Source: Lobosporangium transversale
Taxonomy: Eukaryota
Length of the DNA stretch: 64,000 nucleotides
Direction: 5' to 3'
NCBI RefSeq assembly: GCF_002105155.1
Contig: NW_019029005.1
Span: forward strand, 1 to 64,000
Part shown: one piece after another, positions 62,963 to 64,000 of the stretch
How the letters are laid out: the number at the start of each line of letters is the position of its first letter
Numbering within the stretch: the stretch's first letter is position 1
Made by a program: the position numbers and the translations under genes
Notes under the pieces: generated by a model
What the model saw: the letters and a program-made list of their open reading frames with translations, nothing else
Databases searched by the model: none
What the model was told of the DNA's origin: nothing

Positions 62963-64000
62963 TTAATATCCAAAACCAAGGCCTACACTCTTGCCCTTCT
63001 TCATCTGCTGTCGGATCTTGAGACCTTCTCGGAATTGTTTTTCTAGATCCCTATTCACTTGTCGGCCTACCATACTATCGATTGCAGAGTCCGCATTGGT
63101 ATGTTGGCTCGAATTAGCAAATGAGCCCAATGATCCGAACAATCCACCACCTGTTTTGTAGTCTTAGTTGAGGTGGTAAAAGGAGATAAAGATGGTGATG
63201 AACTTCCTTCAGAAGTACTCACGGCTTTTTCGCACCGAGAAGACGCAAGAATTTGTTTGTTTGCTTTTCATCACCCAAATCAGCTTGGCTCCAATCGTTC
63301 CAGCGTTTTTGTCCGACAGATACTTCTGATTCTGGCACAGAAATAGAAGTAGAAGTAGAGGTAGAGACAGAAGCAGAAGGCGATGATTCCTTTGCTTTGT
63401 TTTCTTCCTTATTGTCCTTCTTTTCCTTCTTCTCCTTCTTTTCTTCCTTTCCTTCTTTTCCTTCTTTTCTGATTTTTCCTTCTTCTGCTTATTCTCCTTC
63501 TTGGCCTCGTTGTCCTTCTTCTCCTTCTTGTCAGCTTTCTCTTCTCCTTCTTGTCAGCTTTGTCTTTCTTCTCCTTCTTGCTAATTTTCTCCTTTCCCTC
63601 CTTGTCAGCTTTATCCTTCTTTTCTTTTTATCCTTGTTCTCCTCCTTTTCAGTCTTATTAACCTTCAATTCTTCCTTGTTAGACCTGTCTTCTTCTTCTT
63701 TTTATCTTGCTTCTCGGATATGTCTCCTGTTACTTTTTTCTTTTCCTGCTCCTTCTTCTTTTCCTCCTTTTCTTCTTTTTCCTTCTTCTTTTCCTCCTTA
63801 TCCTTCTTGTCTTTGCTTTCCTTCTTTCTTTCTTTACTTTCTTTTCCTTGTTTTCCTTGTTTTCCTTGTTTTCCTTGTTTTCCTTCTTCTTCTCCTTCTC
63901 CTTCTCTTCTCCTTCTTCTTCTTCTTCTCCTTCTCCTCCTTCTCCTTCATTTCAGAATTGTCAGGCTTGATCTAGGCTCGTCCTTTCCCTTTTCCTTCTT
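62963..64000 (-). CDS. Lys/Glu-rich protein with C-terminal SMAP-family domain (KNOP1/small acidic protein-like); 5' part outside window
   Basis: Minus strand gives K/E/D-rich tract, NDWSQADLGDEKQTNKFLRLLGAKK and NRDLEKQFREGLKIRQQMKKGKSVGLGFGY*. Confidence 0.7.

Noticed and set aside
63253..63975. 240-aa Phe/Leu/Ser-rich + strand ORF as a membrane protein
   Set aside because: Antisense shadow of the K/E-rich - strand gene

Overview
Eukaryotic, intron-containing fungal DNA; gene content (Crinkler-type gene, F-box/LRR family, CryptonF, long poly-T/poly-A tracts) suggests an early-diverging fungus such as Mortierellaceae (inference). Housekeeping genes flank the window: RRP4 at ~2-3.5 kb, and from ~45.7 kb MPDU1-like, DCAF7/WDR68-like, delta-COP, an integrase-zinc-finger-like gene, WDR89-like, an uncharacterised coiled-coil gene and a SMAP/KNOP1-like gene. 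Between them is a ~40 kb accessory block. It holds a small secreted KR-processed protein, a LINE remnant, a truncated AT-hook Crypton, a cluster of three intact plus one broken secreted six-Cys beta/gamma-crystallin-like genes, and a head-to-tail 4568/4569-bp dimer of a CryptonF tyrosine-recombinase element with readable TACA(G/A)TAT junctions. It also holds a Crinkler-like gene, pogo/Tigger and MULE remnants, a TPX2-like gene, a ~815-bp foldback element and an F-box/LRR gene. Many frameshifts after ~27 kb also hit conserved housekeeping genes, so they are probably consensus indel errors and pseudogene calls there are uncertain. All homology calls come from motif recognition by eye, not database searches.
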